A DNA stretch of 64,000 nucleotides from contig NC_092652.1 of assembly GCF_032118995.1 (NCBI RefSeq), positions 27,171,339 to 27,235,338 of the forward strand. Reading direction: 5' to 3'. The notes under the pieces are model-generated. The model was not told the DNA's origin. It ran no database searches and saw nothing but the letters and a program-made list of their open reading frames with translations. Source of the stretch: Asterias amurensis (lineage: Eukaryota). This document shows positions 12,460-24,423 of the stretch, in pieces. A program made the translations under genes and the position numbers. Numbering within the stretch: the stretch's first letter is position 1; every line of letters begins with the position of its first letter.

Positions 12460-12714
12460 TAGAAACCAATTTACGTAGTCTAGTTTCCTATGTTATGTGC
12501 TACTTGTTGTTTGGCTCAATTACGGTACACTTTAACAACTATAAACAAAATTGACCTGGATTCCGAGTCCTGTAGTGCTGGACATATATTCGGGTCAGTA
12601 TGACCAGGAAATGGGTCAAAATTAACCATAAAAGCGTCAAACTGACGCACAGTACAAATTACATTCCCACTTTTTAGAGAGATGTGTAAAGAAATTTCTT
12701 ATTATTATCACCAG

Positions 12715-12941
12715 GTACCGTCACTGCCTTCCGAGGTATAGGAGTGTCTTACCTGGTCGTGGTTCTCATCTTTGCCTTTGTTCAATTTATGGAGAATAAT
12801 AACGATGAGAAAGACAAAACAGATGATGAGGAGGACGCCCTCTCGCAGGTGACTCAAGAGACGGATTTAACTCGCGAAGATGAGGGCGCCACCTCGCGTT
12901 TAGAGGAGGATAGCGATTTGGATGGAAGCGGAACAGAATGA
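12715..12941 (+). CDS. MFSD6: MFSD6 orthologue, terminal coding exon (…TVTAFRGIGVSYLVVVLIFAFVQFMENNNDEKDK…DGSGTE*), ending at the TGA at 12939-12941.
   Basis: The acceptor is tatcaccag|GT with a consistent phase. 'TAFRGIGVSYLVVVLIFAFVQ' matches human '[21 protein letters not shown]', and an acidic C-terminal tail follows. Confidence 0.8.
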
Positions 12942-13920
12942 CGGAGACCTCACAGTGTCACTACTTTCGGTGAAAAGGACTCAAACAATTGTAGAAATAT
13001 TGTGTCTCAACTTCTCAAGTCTTCTTTAGGTACACTTGAGGTACTCAATATCGAAGATGCGGTAGTCAAAACATCGAAATAACTTAAAAGACGCGCTTAT
13101 TTTAAACAACTGTTAATGATTTTCAATTTAATTGTTGGATAACTGGATCATTGTTACTTATATTTTAAGTATTTTATTTATTTTCACAGAAATTTATGAA
13201 ACAACGGATTCATATGAAATGAGCTTCAATTAATTTTAAAAGGTTTAAAATGATGTTGCCGAGGTGAAATTCTTTGAAAGTCTTTACTAGCCTCAAGGAC
13301 AAGTCGTTAAAATGTCTGTCGCGGTTTTGCAGTCAAGACGGTAGCATCTTCACATATCAAAGGCGTTAAAGTATTTGGTCAATAACTCATGATTTGTTGA
13401 AGACTAATTCATCGAAAACCTCTCAACTAAAAATTGATATAAATAGTTGATTATTCTTTGGGATTATTGGTCCAAAATAGCCGTGCTAACTTTATATATC
13501 GCTAGTTTATTATACCCTCCAGTTTACGATAACTGACTTTGTATATTCGCGTTTTATAAACCAGTGGGCTTGGGCTATGTTAGTTATTTTGAAAAAGTGA
13601 AAAAAAAATTCTTCGGCTGCTCTTCAAGAGGAAGCCTGATTGAAATATAGAGTCCAAAATATAGCCATATTTATCATTTGTATTTATTATAACTTCAGGG
13701 ATAGGATAACATGCAATGGTACTAATAGTAATACGACTTGTTATGCGCATAAATCAATATGTTGACTGTGGTAATTGTTTGAAGGTTTTAGGAAAATAAT
13801 GGACTGTTAAGATTAACAATAAAATTAACCTGAAAAATACTTTGTTTTGTTTCCTATCTTTTAATTTTATGATAATTTGAAACAAAAATCAAGGTAGTCA
13901 CACATACCTTTCTTTTTTTC

Positions 13921-14015
13921 ACAGGTTTGTTATTTTATTTATACATGTATTTTGAGATACACCAAGTGAGAAGACTGGTCTTTGAAAATTACAAATAGTG
14001 TCCACTGTCTTTAAG
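13921..14015 (+). mobile_element. MITE family A, 3'-terminal fragment
   Basis: 'cacaggtttgttattttatttatacatgtattttgagatacaccaagtgagaagactggtctttgaaaattacaaatagtgtccactgtcttt'. Confidence 0.5.
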
Positions 14016-14480
14016 AGGCCGTGTGATTTAATTGTTGATTTAAAATGGTCACCTCTGAAGTTGTGCAAATCACTTGCACCATATCATCACACCCATTTTT
14101 ATATAAGAGGAAGGAAAATGTAAAATTCAATTTTGTGACGTACTCATTCCCACTATGAAGATAGAGTCATCGTGTGAGATGGGAAAAATACAAGTCTCAA
14201 ACCTTACTATACATCGTTGTAAAGCCCCTTGTTTACGCCATCCTTCCGGGGCAAACATTTTCAACATCTAAAATATCCGATGACATCATTCGTAGAAAAA
14301 TGAGTCTGTGCATTTTGGATTTAAAGTGGTATGGAAGAGATGGGGGCTAACCTGATGTTTCTAGATCACATTACAAGCACTCTTGTTAACAGGTTTCCTC
14401 ATTAGGCTTGTGAGCTGCAGTGATTAGGCATGATTACTTGAATATTTGAAGAACCTGTAAAACCCAAGTTCAATAATTAA

Positions 14481-15238
14481 AGGCAGTGGACACTATTGGT
14501 ATAATTACTCAAAATAAGGGTTAGCATAAAAACTTCCTTTGTAACAAACAATGGGGAGTTATTGATAGTATTAAAGGAACACGTTGCCTTGGATCGGACG
14601 AGTTGGTCTATTAAAAGCGGTTGAAACCGTTTGTTATGAAATACGTATGGTCAGAAAGATGTTTAAAAAGTAGAATATACTGATCCACACAAGTATCACT
14701 CGAAATTGCACGGTTTTCATTTTACGGCGCGAACTAACACGGTCGGCCATTTATGGGAGTCAAAGTTTTGACTCCCATTGGCCGACCGTGTTTGTCGATG
14801 AGGTAAAAAGAAATCCACGCAATTTCGAGGCATATTTGTGTAGATCATTGTATTCTACTTTTACAACATCTTTCTACCCATATGCATTTTATAACAAACG
14901 GTAACAGACGCTTTTCAAAGACCAACTCGACCGATCCAAGGCAACGTGTTCCTTTAAACATTGTAAGATAAGGCTTCCTCTGAAGTAACGTAGTTTTCGC
15001 GAAATAAGTAATTTTCCACTAAAATATTTGAATTTAATTTCGAGACATCTGAAAGCACACAACTTCGTGTGACTATGGTGTTTTTTCTTCTTCCATTATT
15101 ACCTCGCAACTTCGATGACCAATTGACTACAAATCTTCACAGGTTTGTTATTTTATGCATATGTTTAGATACACCCAAGTAAGAAGACTAGTCTTTGACA
15201 ATTTCATACCAATAGTGTCCAGTGTCTTCAACAATTTC
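14481..15238 (+). mobile_element. MITE family A copy interrupted by a nested MITE family B insertion (14575-14953)
   Basis: The outer termini are 'aggcagtggacactattggtat…ccaatagtgtccagtgtct'. The family-A sequence resumes exactly after the insert, at '…cctctgaagtaacgtagttttcg'. Confidence 0.8.
14575..14953 (+). mobile_element. MITE family B (about 380 bp). It has 36-bp TIRs 'AGGAACACGTTGCCTTGGATCGGACGAGTTGGTC', an internal 49-bp palindrome 'cggtcggccatttatgggagtcaaagttttgactcccattggccgaccg', and TTAA flanks at 14571-14574 and 14954-14957.
   Basis: A perfect long TIR and a TTAA target-site duplication can be read directly. It is nested inside a family-A MITE. Confidence 0.8.
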
Positions 15239-17439
15239 TTGCACAACTACAAATAAGAAACTCGGAGCTAGCTGCATTTGTTCCAGGATCGCGGTTAACA
15301 TAAACATATCGACGGCAGCATTTTTTCATTCGTTAAACAGTTATTATATATGTTTACTCAAATGAAATATTCGATTTGGTGAACATAATTATGTGAAAAA
15401 GGTGGTTGCAGGATACGAACATTTTCACACTCGTATAGTATCATATTCAACCTGTTTTCTACAGAGCCTGTAAAAAAAAAAAAAACAACAACAATTGTTT
15501 TCTTATTTTGTTTTGTTCTCTCGCCCCTCAAAACAATATTTCGTTCCCCACGAAATAACATGCCGAACTAATATTTGAAGGGAACTAAAAATATTTATAA
15601 AAAAAAAACAAAAAAAAACGTCGCTTTAGGGGCTCCGTAGTCTTCGAGGTGACAATAAAGCAATGTTTCTCCAGCAATAAAAGTGTGGCCAGATTTCTCT
15701 TAAAACTCACCCATGATCTTGAATAGAATGGTGGTGGCAGCAGCTGGTTCTTTCAGATTGAGTCATGAAGTCCAATATGCAGTGGACAGTACTCAAATAA
15801 TGTTGAACTTTGATAGAAAGAATGAAAATGGTTCACCTCGCCGTGCCTCGTGGTGCAGCTAGGCATCAAAGTGTAGGAATGACCATTTAACATCGAGTAT
15901 AGACCCTTTCACGGTGTGGCCATCTTGATTTTACTCCATTCCCTGAACGAAATAGTAGTCTGGTGCCATGTTTGCGCAATGAATGTTAGTATTTATTACT
16001 GTTATTAATACAGGGAACATGACCAAGATGGTGACAGCGTGATAAAGGTCTATAGAGCGCCTAAGATGTGGAACTGGAGCTCTTTCTATTTGCAACGTGA
16101 AATAACCATGCACCGTTTCGGCAAAGGAAACGTTCTGTTATGTCATTGAAAGCCAATGGTCAAACACCGATCTTGTATTGTGTGAAAAGAATTACTTGCT
16201 GAAATTGCCGTCAAGTGAACATTTTTAATAAAATGTAATTTTTTGTATTTGCGCCTTTGGTGCTTTATACCATACATCTTTGATTGTCACTGTTCAACAG
16301 CGCGCAACCCATGGTTCACTGCGTTCTAGTTATCTGACTGTATTTGTTTGTGTATGATGCAAATTGGCGTGAATAGCTTGCATAATTGGCTGACGAATAA
16401 CTTGACTAAGCCAACCATTAAGAAAACCCATTTGACTAAAAAATAAACGATTAGCTATTAGTTATTGCTCTGGCTCTAAGATAGACTTTTACTTAGGTCG
16501 AAACGGCAAGCCATCATTATTTTGAAACTATACCACAGGTTCTTATGGCTGGTGAGAATTTCAAAATGTTGTTTTTGTTCCCTAATTAATAAACAGCGCC
16601 CTCACTGGGATCAATTAAGACCTATCATTGGCCGTGAGTTGTGCGCGGCGCGTTACACGCGTGTGTGTTTCCATAACAGTACAGGGGCCAATTTCATAGA
16701 GCTGCTTAAACGGACACACCGGCTCACCGTTTACGCAATTTAGGGGTGTAGAATCATAAATAATGTTTTGTTTAGATTGTTGCTGTAAAAAAAATCATCA
16801 AAATGTCACGTATTTAGCAAAAAATGATTTTAAAAAACCAAAGCGGCCATATAACAAGCTTCCGTTACACGGACTCTTTGAATGTGAATCTTACGTTAGA
16901 TTTTTCACCATTATTTACATTTTGTAGCGATAATTTGAATACATGATCTTTTTCGTCAATTATTCGTAAATAATTTTGTAAAAAAAAGATTTAAATTTGG
17001 TTAAGTAAGTTACTTTTAGACGGCTGAAAGTAAAACTAGCCCGGAAGGTCACGTGATTGTTTGTACCACTTTTTGGTTAGAATAATCACGCGACCTGCGT
17101 TTTTGTCTTAAAATGCTCAAAAACGGCTAAATTTGATGATTTTTTTAAGGACTGTTCTTCTTCATTCCTGGAAGACCGTTGAAGTCATATCTTAGTCTAT
17201 TTTGTAGCCCAAATAGCCCAATTCGGCCGGTGTGTCCCTTTAAGCAAAAAAATTGCTTAAGCACGAAAAAACTCACTTATTTTACACATGTTACTGGGCA
17301 AAATTTCATGCCATATACATTGCTTGTGACTGAATTGTTTCTTGTTCGCCTGCTTATTAAACAATGAGTATTCCGTCGTAATAATGTTTGAAGATGACAA
17401 CAGAACTTCGAGAAGAGGAATAACATCATTGTACAAAGG

Positions 17440-17560
17440 TATAACAAAACAATTGTTGCACGCTGTGACTGGGGTCCGTGGGTTTTGTACACTCTCGAGG
17501 GGCCATTTTCCCCCCTCGAGTGTACAAAACGCCATGGAACCCGTCACAGCGTGCAACAAT
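17440..17560. repeat. Near-perfect 120-bp palindrome (CAATTGTTGCACGCTGTGAC…TTTTGTACACTCTCGAGGGG / CCCCTCGAGTGTACAAAAC…GTCACAGCGTGCAACAATTG)
   Basis: It can be read directly. It generates mirror-image ORFs on both strands (17257-17595 and 17342-17581). Confidence 0.8.
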
Positions 17561-19135
17561 TGTACACTGAACATATCATGAGATTTCTCTGCCATTTTCC
17601 TTCATATAGATTCTTATTTAATGCGCCGTCAAAAAAAATAGTGGAAGAAAAGTATTGCCCCGATTTTACCAATGACAAATTCAAATATAAAATAGTATTA
17701 CCTTTTTACAGTTTTAGTTAAAATAGTGTGAAAAGATTACCCCAAACCGCTGTAAGTGAATATTACTAGGATCCTTTTCCCCGATCAAACAAATCCAACA
17801 CCACATAACTAGGGAAAGTTGTCTTAAGTATTTATGATGCAAATTTAAATCTATTAACCACATAATTTAACAACAGTCCACAGCCCAACATCAATCAGTT
17901 ACCCAACACCCAAATAGTTGGACTCTGTTTGGCATAAACAGTTTACTAGTGCAGTCATTAGTCTAACACCCAGTCATCATCAGTAACTCAAAACCCAAAT
18001 TACTGTCTTCCGGTTATGATGACATGCCTGACACCATGTAAAACACAATCTGCAGACCTAAGTCCAACACCATTTTGTTCTGGGGGTACATATGGTTTAA
18101 ACGTCGTACTGCGAACAAAAACAGCATGTATTCAATATAACTGTTAAACATTTAGATCTATGATCAAAGAAAATATTTAAACCCATACAATCACATTGTA
18201 AACATTAATCAACATAATTGACTTACCATAATTCACATTATTATTATAAGTCAACAACTGTCGTAAAGACTATAAACATTAAAAAATCCCATCTTAAAAT
18301 TATTATATTATTATTTACAACAAACGCTTAGATTATAAACTTTCAGTACTCTTGTGATAACGAACCGTATGCTTCCTTAACTTTACAATTATAATTGTTT
18401 TATCGAAAATCAGATAAAAGTCCATATATGGTAAAAAAAAAACCCAAAACACAGAGGCCCAAGTTTGGAAGTCAGTCAAGTCAGAAAGATAATTGCCAAA
18501 ATTGCTTGAATTTAACAACAAAACAAAACAACCCAACAAATGCCCCTGGAAAGAACACGTAGCTGATGTAGGACAGACAAACACCTTCGTAAAAAAATAG
18601 TTATTTACATTCGTAACACCCTTTACCAACTTCTACATTCATACCTTTTTCTTTTTGTATTTAAAACTTTCTTGGTTAATACTCAGATGTAAAACTTTGT
18701 AATTTCTGTATTTTTTAAACTTCTGTTGATCATTTCTCATTTCCTTAGGATGATTACTGATATCTTCTCGGGTTTGGATTAAATAAAGTTTGAATTAGAT
18801 AGTAAAAATCATTCTCGCATATCGCCCCTTGCACAATGATACAGACACAAGGAAATCCACTTTCAACCATATGTTTACCTACTAACTAATATGACGAAGT
18901 GCGCCCTCTGTGTTGTTAAACTTATTTATTTACATAATATTTTCGTTAAATTTGTGTCCGCAACCTTTGGACCTTCTCTTTTGCATTTTTTTAGCTTTCA
19001 GCTAGCAAAAATTTGTCAGTATATACTTTAACTTATGCTTTGGTTGAACCTGAAAAACTGTTTGAACTACCATTTCATATGAATTTGCAATTTTGTTTTC
19101 GTCACTTAATCCAACGCTCAAAGTTTAACAATATT

Positions 19136-19555
19136 AAAGGCAGTGGACACTATTGGTAAATACTCAAAATAGTTATTAGCATAACACCTTACTTGGTAAC
19201 GAGTAATGTGGAGAGGTTGATGGTATAAAACATTGTGAGAAACGACTCCCTCTGGAGTAACGTAGTTTTCGAGAAAGAAGTAATTTTCCACGAATTTGAT
19301 TTCGAGACCTCGGATTTAGAACTTGAGGTCTCAATATCAAGCATCTGAAAGCACACAACTTCGTGTGACAACGGTGTTTTTTCTTTCATAGTTATCTCGC
19401 AACTAATTGAGCTGAATTTTTTACAGGTTGGTTATTTTATGCATATGTTGAGATCCACCAAGTGAGAAGACTGGTCTTTGACAATAATAATACAAAATAA
19501 TAACCAGGGCGTCTCAAAGTGCTTCAATTTTTTATACCAATAGTGTCCAGTGTCT
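19136..19555 (+). mobile_element. MITE family A copy, TTAA-flanked, with a roughly 40-bp internal insertion
   Basis: The termini are 'aggcagtggacactattggtaaatactc…ccaatagtgtccagtgtct', with TTAA on both sides. Confidence 0.8.
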
Positions 19556-19712
19556 TTAAAATGAATCCTTGAAATTATGTTCAACCAGTGAGTGAAATTG
19601 CTGTTAAAAAAGTGGTTTCCTTCTGTTTGCCCTTTTTGCACCTTTCCCGTACAATGTGTAATGAGACTTTCAAGTATTGTACATAATGTCCCGTACAATG
19701 TGACATGAGACT

Positions 19713-19997
19713 TTACAATATCGTACAACTTTTCATAGTCTGCTTGCCAGTCTCCTTTGCCGTATTCTTGACAGGCTTCTTCCGTGACGACCAGCGTCTT
19801 CGTGCCGTTGAATGTCTCGGTTTGAACGGAACATTCTTCACCTTGATACGGAAAGTATTCCCCCTGCTCGGGCCGCTGTCTGTCTGGTCCAGCGATGGGT
19901 CACGTAGATGAGAAAGTGCCTCTTGTGGTTGGAGGAACCAAATCATGCTGGCATCACCAACAGCTGAAGCTAGGTCATCATCAGCCGCTGATTTAAG
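19713..19997 (-). CDS. SufS-like gene, putative terminal coding exon (LKSAADDDLASAVGDASMIWFLQPQEALSHLRDPSLDQTDSGPSRGNTFRIKVKNVPFKP…KSCTIL*)
   Basis: The acceptor is atccttgacag|CTT and the frame is open to a TAA at 19713. The second half is K/R-rich. A more protein-like alternative frame (GEYFPYQGEECSVQTETFNGTKTLVVTEEACQEYGKGDWQADYEKLYDIV) opens after an internal 'cag|GGG' at about 19893, so the true 3' end is ambiguous. Confidence 0.3.
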   Translation of the reverse strand, partial: LKSAADDDLASAVGDASMIWFLQPQEALSHLRDPSLDQTDSGPSRGNTFRIKVKNVPFKPRHSTARRRWSSRKKPVKNTAKETGKQTMKSCTIL

Positions 19998-20281
19998 CTG
20001 TCAAGGATGATTTATAAGGTATCAATTAATTATCGAGTCAGATCCACCCGTTGCGTATCAATGATATTGTTGTTGACTTGTTGTTAAATTTACCTAGTCA
20101 CTTCAGTTTAAAACGGTGGTTTGTGTGATTTAAGGCATTGCACGGTGAATTCCAGATTCCAGAAAAAAACTACTCCACGGTAGTAGAACATGAAACAAGA
20201 CAAGTTCTAAAACAAACAAAATACCCAGCAAGTAGGCACACAATTGGTGGATGTTACCGCAAACAAAACATAAATATTTAC

Positions 20282-20338
20282 CTCGTTACATTTGGCCTCC
20301 GCTTCACTGTAAAACACGCTAGCGATCTGTAAAGTCTC
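20282..20338 (-). CDS. SufS-like gene, C-terminal extension exon (ETLQIASVFYSEAEAKCNE)
   Basis: The acceptor is tgtctttttcag|GAG and the donor is AACGAG|gtaaat. It is in phase 0 and spans 19 codons. Confidence 0.4.
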
Positions 20339-21027
20339 CTGAAAAAGACAACATAAAAACAAAAATAGGTTTAACTCCAGAAAATGAATAAGTTCTAGAT
20401 ACAATCATCAATCGTTTGTTGTGATTTGACTTAACATTAACATCGCATTACACAACATTTGTCAGCCTTGTGGCTGATAGGCCTATCCGAATCGACGTCT
20501 ACAGCTACGGCTACGGCTACGGCTGTTGCTAAGGGTGTTGCTAAGGACGTCCTTTACCTCAACACATGATGACGTAGAGATCTAGCTGTAGCCGCCATTT
20601 CGAACACGGCCTTGCTGCCCTGGGTTTGATACTAGTAGTTTATAACAGAATCGTTTCGACAGAATGCCTTTCAAGTTTAGCCTTGCTCAAGGCAGTCGAA
20701 TTATTCACTCCCCGTACGCCCCCGTACGCTTTTCGCATGCGTCGTCGGCCGTGTCGGCCAAAGGCCTCCGCATGCGGATATTTGTACGGAGTGCGGATGA
20801 CTTGTGCACAGTAGTCGTACTCTGGGCGTTGAGCGATGTGACATAGTGTATACGAGTGGGTCACTTTACAGCGGCGACTTTTCGGAGTGAATAATAAGAC
20901 TGCCTTGAGAAAGGCTATTCAAGTTTCAATTAACCATCTTTTTCAGCTCAAACCTTTTGACAAATTTAATCCGCAAGTTATTCTACTTCACTATTTACTA
21001 GTTTACTATTATTAGTATTTATCATAC

Positions 21028-21219
21028 CTGTAATTTCGATGTTTGAACATAGGTCTTCCTTGACACAAATGGACTTGGCGGAGCTCTGAACTTTCCCTTA
21101 ACGAACTCTGTGGTAAGCAAACTGTCTCCAGCGGGCGCTGTTTCATTTAAAACGCCTTGCGGGTCACTTGTTTGTTGACCCGTGTAGTCCCAACTTCCGG
21201 TGAGCATGTCAAACTTATA
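21028..21219 (-). CDS. SufS-like gene, C-terminal extension exon (YKFDMLTGSWDYTGQQTSDPQGVLNETAPAGDSLLTTEFVKGKFRAPPSPFVSRKTYVQTSKLQ)
   Basis: A clean acceptor (tgatttatttccag|TAT) and donor (TTACAG|gtatga). It is a phase-0 open exon of 64 codons. There is no homology to bacterial SufS, so it is a lineage-specific extension supported only by splice signals and the open frame. Confidence 0.4.
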
Positions 21220-21856
21220 CTGGAAATAAATCACAAACCAGTTTAGAACACTTGGTGGAAACACTTGAAGGAACAAGATGAATCAAGAAATTCAAAAAGT
21301 GTTTTTAGCAGACTTCGAGTTCGAGTGTGTGGTTAAGGATGCTTGAACACTCGGCAAACATTGTGTACTGAGGAGAGGATTAAGCTCCGTCAAAAGAAAT
21401 GGGGAAATGTCCCCGATGACGCAGAAAACATTTGGACATAAAACTAGCACTGAATTCACAGAATATATGAGAACATGTCGATTATCAAATTCGGAGGCAA
21501 GTTGCCAGATAAATATTGCCTGTTATCTCTTTAATTGTTAAGCTTTACAATATGCCTTGTTAAAGTAAATCAAACGCTCTTTGAAATTTAGGACCAGTTT
21601 TTACCTTCTAAAACAAGTTGAGAAACTGGTAAACAATAAACCGTTTACCTGTGTAACATTGATGTAACACTCCATTAGGCCTACCGGTGATAACAACCAT
21701 TAACCAGTGGTAATCAACCATTTACCAGTAGTAAACTAATAGTTCTCCAGTGGTGATAATAATCATTTACCCGTGATAACAACCGTTACCAGAAGTTATA
21801 TCAACCGTTTACCAGAAGTAAACTAATAGTTCCCGCTGTTGGTAATAAAGATTTAC

Positions 21857-21968
21857 CTGTGGTAGCATTTTCCAGCCGTTGGTGGCGACATCATCAATGG
21901 CCTCTAAGACAAAGTTAGTCACCTCGTCGGAGAAGAAGAAAGGCAGATTCAATCGAGTGAATCCAGGT
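21857..21968 (-). CDS. SufS-like gene exon (R PGFTRLNLPFFFSDEVTNFVLEAIDDVATNGWKMLPQ)
   Basis: The acceptor is ttcataatag|A and the donor is CCACAG|gtaaat. The phase matches the previous exon: AG + A gives Arg. 'TRLNLPFFFSDEVTNFVLEAIDDV' aligns to the SufS C-terminus '[24 protein letters not shown]'. Confidence 0.6.
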
Positions 21969-23357
21969 CTATTATGAAGCAACAAGAAAACAAACATTTA
22001 AACTCAGCCCTTTTTTGAGAATGTTGCATCACGTGTTAAGGTTAGTGATTGAAACAACTGGGGTTTGCTTCTCATAAACCGGTTACCATTAGGCCTATAA
22101 CCATTTTTCCATAAAGGTTATCCACTTGACTAAGTATACACTCATTTTATGTAAAGTATTAAAGGTACTGGACACTTTTGGTAGTTACTCACAATATAAT
22201 TATCTTAGTCAACCCAACGAGGTTTGGGAAAAAATTATGGACATTGTTTTACTTCATATTAGCACATTATTGCATCGGATGACCGCTTTTACATATATAG
22301 GGTCTGGCTTTCACCATGGCTATTGGTAATCAAGTCTACAGCCAAAGCCACATCGTCAGAGCAGACTGAGTCAGAGATGTTGTTTCTATCATGTATCTAT
22401 TTATAATAAAACTGAGAAAGGAAACTTCCTTCAACACTTTCAAGAACAAACTCAAAAGCCACCTCTTCTCATCAGCTGTTTCTCCTTCTGTTTATTTTGT
22501 TTAATTAGTTACTAGATGTAAGCTTTGTTAGGGTCCCTGCGCCAGGAGTGTCATCTGTGACAGACATGGCGCATTATAAGTTTTCCATATTATTATTATT
22601 ATGATTAATTAAACAATTACTATACCATTCACGCTTAACAGACTTGCAATTTTTATTTGAGTCGGGATTATTAAAAGTAGAAGTCTTACTTCATGATCTC
22701 CAGTGACTTGTGAGCTTTCTTTGACTTCGAATTTTTAGTGGCTCCTTTTTCTTCCCTAAGTAAAGAAACAAAAATCAAACCGTAAGAAAAATTTGCAACA
22801 TAACCGAAAAGGGAAATAGCGTTTGCAAACTACTGACCAACCAAAATGAAAGACTCTGCTAGGGTCGAAACGTCAGGCCGTTAACAATTTGTTTGCGTTT
22901 ATACCACACGTCCTTTTGGTTGGTAAGCAGTTTGCAAACTCTCAACCAAAATTGACTATTGATATTTATGTACGCCCAAATTACCCTTTGTTGTAGTGTA
23001 TATAGCGTGCAATGCAAAATGCGCGGTATATGACGTGACCTACTTCTCTCCAATCGAGTGATTAAGATCTCCGGTGTGTTATTAACTTTGATTAAAAAAA
23101 GGAAATTGGACATCAATCAACCAAATATCCACCCCTACATAACATCTACCCCCTTCATGTGTACAAATGGTCATCATTAAAGTGGAGATGAAGTATAAAA
23201 AGTTTTTAAACTTAAAAGTATTTGGTAATACTATAGGATGCGTACTTGGTTTTGGGTATAGTTAAGTTTTATCATAATACTTGGATGCAAGGCATCCTAC
23301 AGAGACAAAGCACTATTTTACAATAAAATGTTTGAGACACAAAATATCATATTTTAC

Positions 23358-23627
23358 CTTGTCGTATCAACCAGAAAATCAGCGAACTGTGCTGCCATTG
23401 GCTCGTCGATACCAAGCAAATCCTGCGCATACGGTCCTGCGCATGCACATCCACCCCTAGCCTGGATTCCATACAGATCGTTAAGAAGCACAGCTACGAA
23501 GTTATGATGAAGAACCTTACCACTAGGGGTGTGTACAATCAGGAATGAGAAGATGGGAAGTCTTTCAGCCCGAGTGCTACCCAGAAAGATGAGGTTAGGG
23601 TTACGTCTCCATTTCTTAAAGGCGAGC
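23358..23627 (-). CDS. SufS-like gene exon (L LAFKKWRRNPNLIFLGSTRAERLPIFSFLIVHTPSGKVLHHNFVAVLLNDLYGIQARGGCACAGPYAQDLLGIDEPMAAQFADFLVDTT). It carries the active-site cysteine loop.
   Basis: The acceptor is tcttgatccacctctag|G and the donor is ACAAG|gtaaaa. It aligns over its whole length to SufS '[53 protein letters not shown]', with 'ARGGCACAGP' matching 'RTGHHCAMP', the catalytic Cys loop. Confidence 0.75.
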
Positions 23628-23983
23628 CTAGAGGTGGATCAAGAAATAATGAAGATGCAGTTAGTTTCTATGCATTGTTTTCTCTTTTGCTATACTCCGA
23701 TACATCCAAGTTGTTATCTCATCATTACTGATGCACATTTAAATCTTAAGTAATGTTTGAACTTTGCATGGTGTGGCTGAATAACAGTATATTTTCTGAT
23801 AATTTTGCTGCTTCAAGGCCATGTGTAAATCTCCTTTGGGCAGAGTGTTGGCTCTATAAAGAGTCGAGGCCATAAACCATCGGCTCTTTTCCAAGCCAAA
23901 CCTTCTCACAAAGGAAAATACGCGTTTTGGTATCATCCAGGATTGTCCGGGAATGTCCTGTACTTCTCAGTAGGCCTACTTAC

Positions 23984-24030
23984 AATGACAAGTCGTGCTC
24001 CCTTTCCTCGATGAGATCTGGGGTGATGGC
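23984..24030 (-). CDS. SufS-like gene exon (AITPDLIEEREHDLS +2 nt)
   Basis: The acceptor is ttttcag|GCC and the donor is TCATT|gtaagt. The phase (0 in, +2 out) is exactly what the next exon needs. Its length fits the 26-27 residue helix that separates the 'AALEYV' and 'DLTLYG' regions in SufS. Confidence 0.5.
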
Positions 24031-24392
24031 CTGAAAAAGAAATATAACATAAAATGAATTTTGTTTTACGTACGGTGTTTTATCTCTCTCATAAAGAAGT
24101 TTTTGTTGTTGATATGCCCAAGTGTTAAATAAAGTTTTAAGTTTCATAGTATAAATTTTGTAACTTCAGCATAAATTATTATTTTGTAATTTTACAAATA
24201 TTTTTACTGTTATGAGCATGATCTAGAAAGCAAATTATTCATTTTATGGACAATAAACATTTGCCTTTTTGAGGTATGGTGGACACTATAAGAGTGCATG
24301 GTGTGGATCGGGTATACAGACAAATTTAACCAAACCAACTTGTGCAGCAGTGATGTATACGCCATACCTCATTTTTTATATTTATTTAATTG

Positions 24393-24420
24393 ATTGAATT
24401 GAATTGAATTGAATTGAATT
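24393..24420. repeat. (GAATT)n pentanucleotide microsatellite in a SufS-gene intron
   Basis: 'ttgattgaattgaattgaattgaattgaattt'. Confidence 0.85.
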
Positions 24421-24423
24421 TAC

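Noticed and set aside
23739-23936. Minus-strand ORF 'RFGLEKSRWFMASTLYRANTLP…' as a candidate SufS exon (it resembles 'RFEAGTPN')
   Set aside because: It was superseded by the much better 'EEGGTPAIVESIRAGLVF' exon at 24424-24534. The flanking exons 12 and 13 join directly with correct phase and with the expected spacing.
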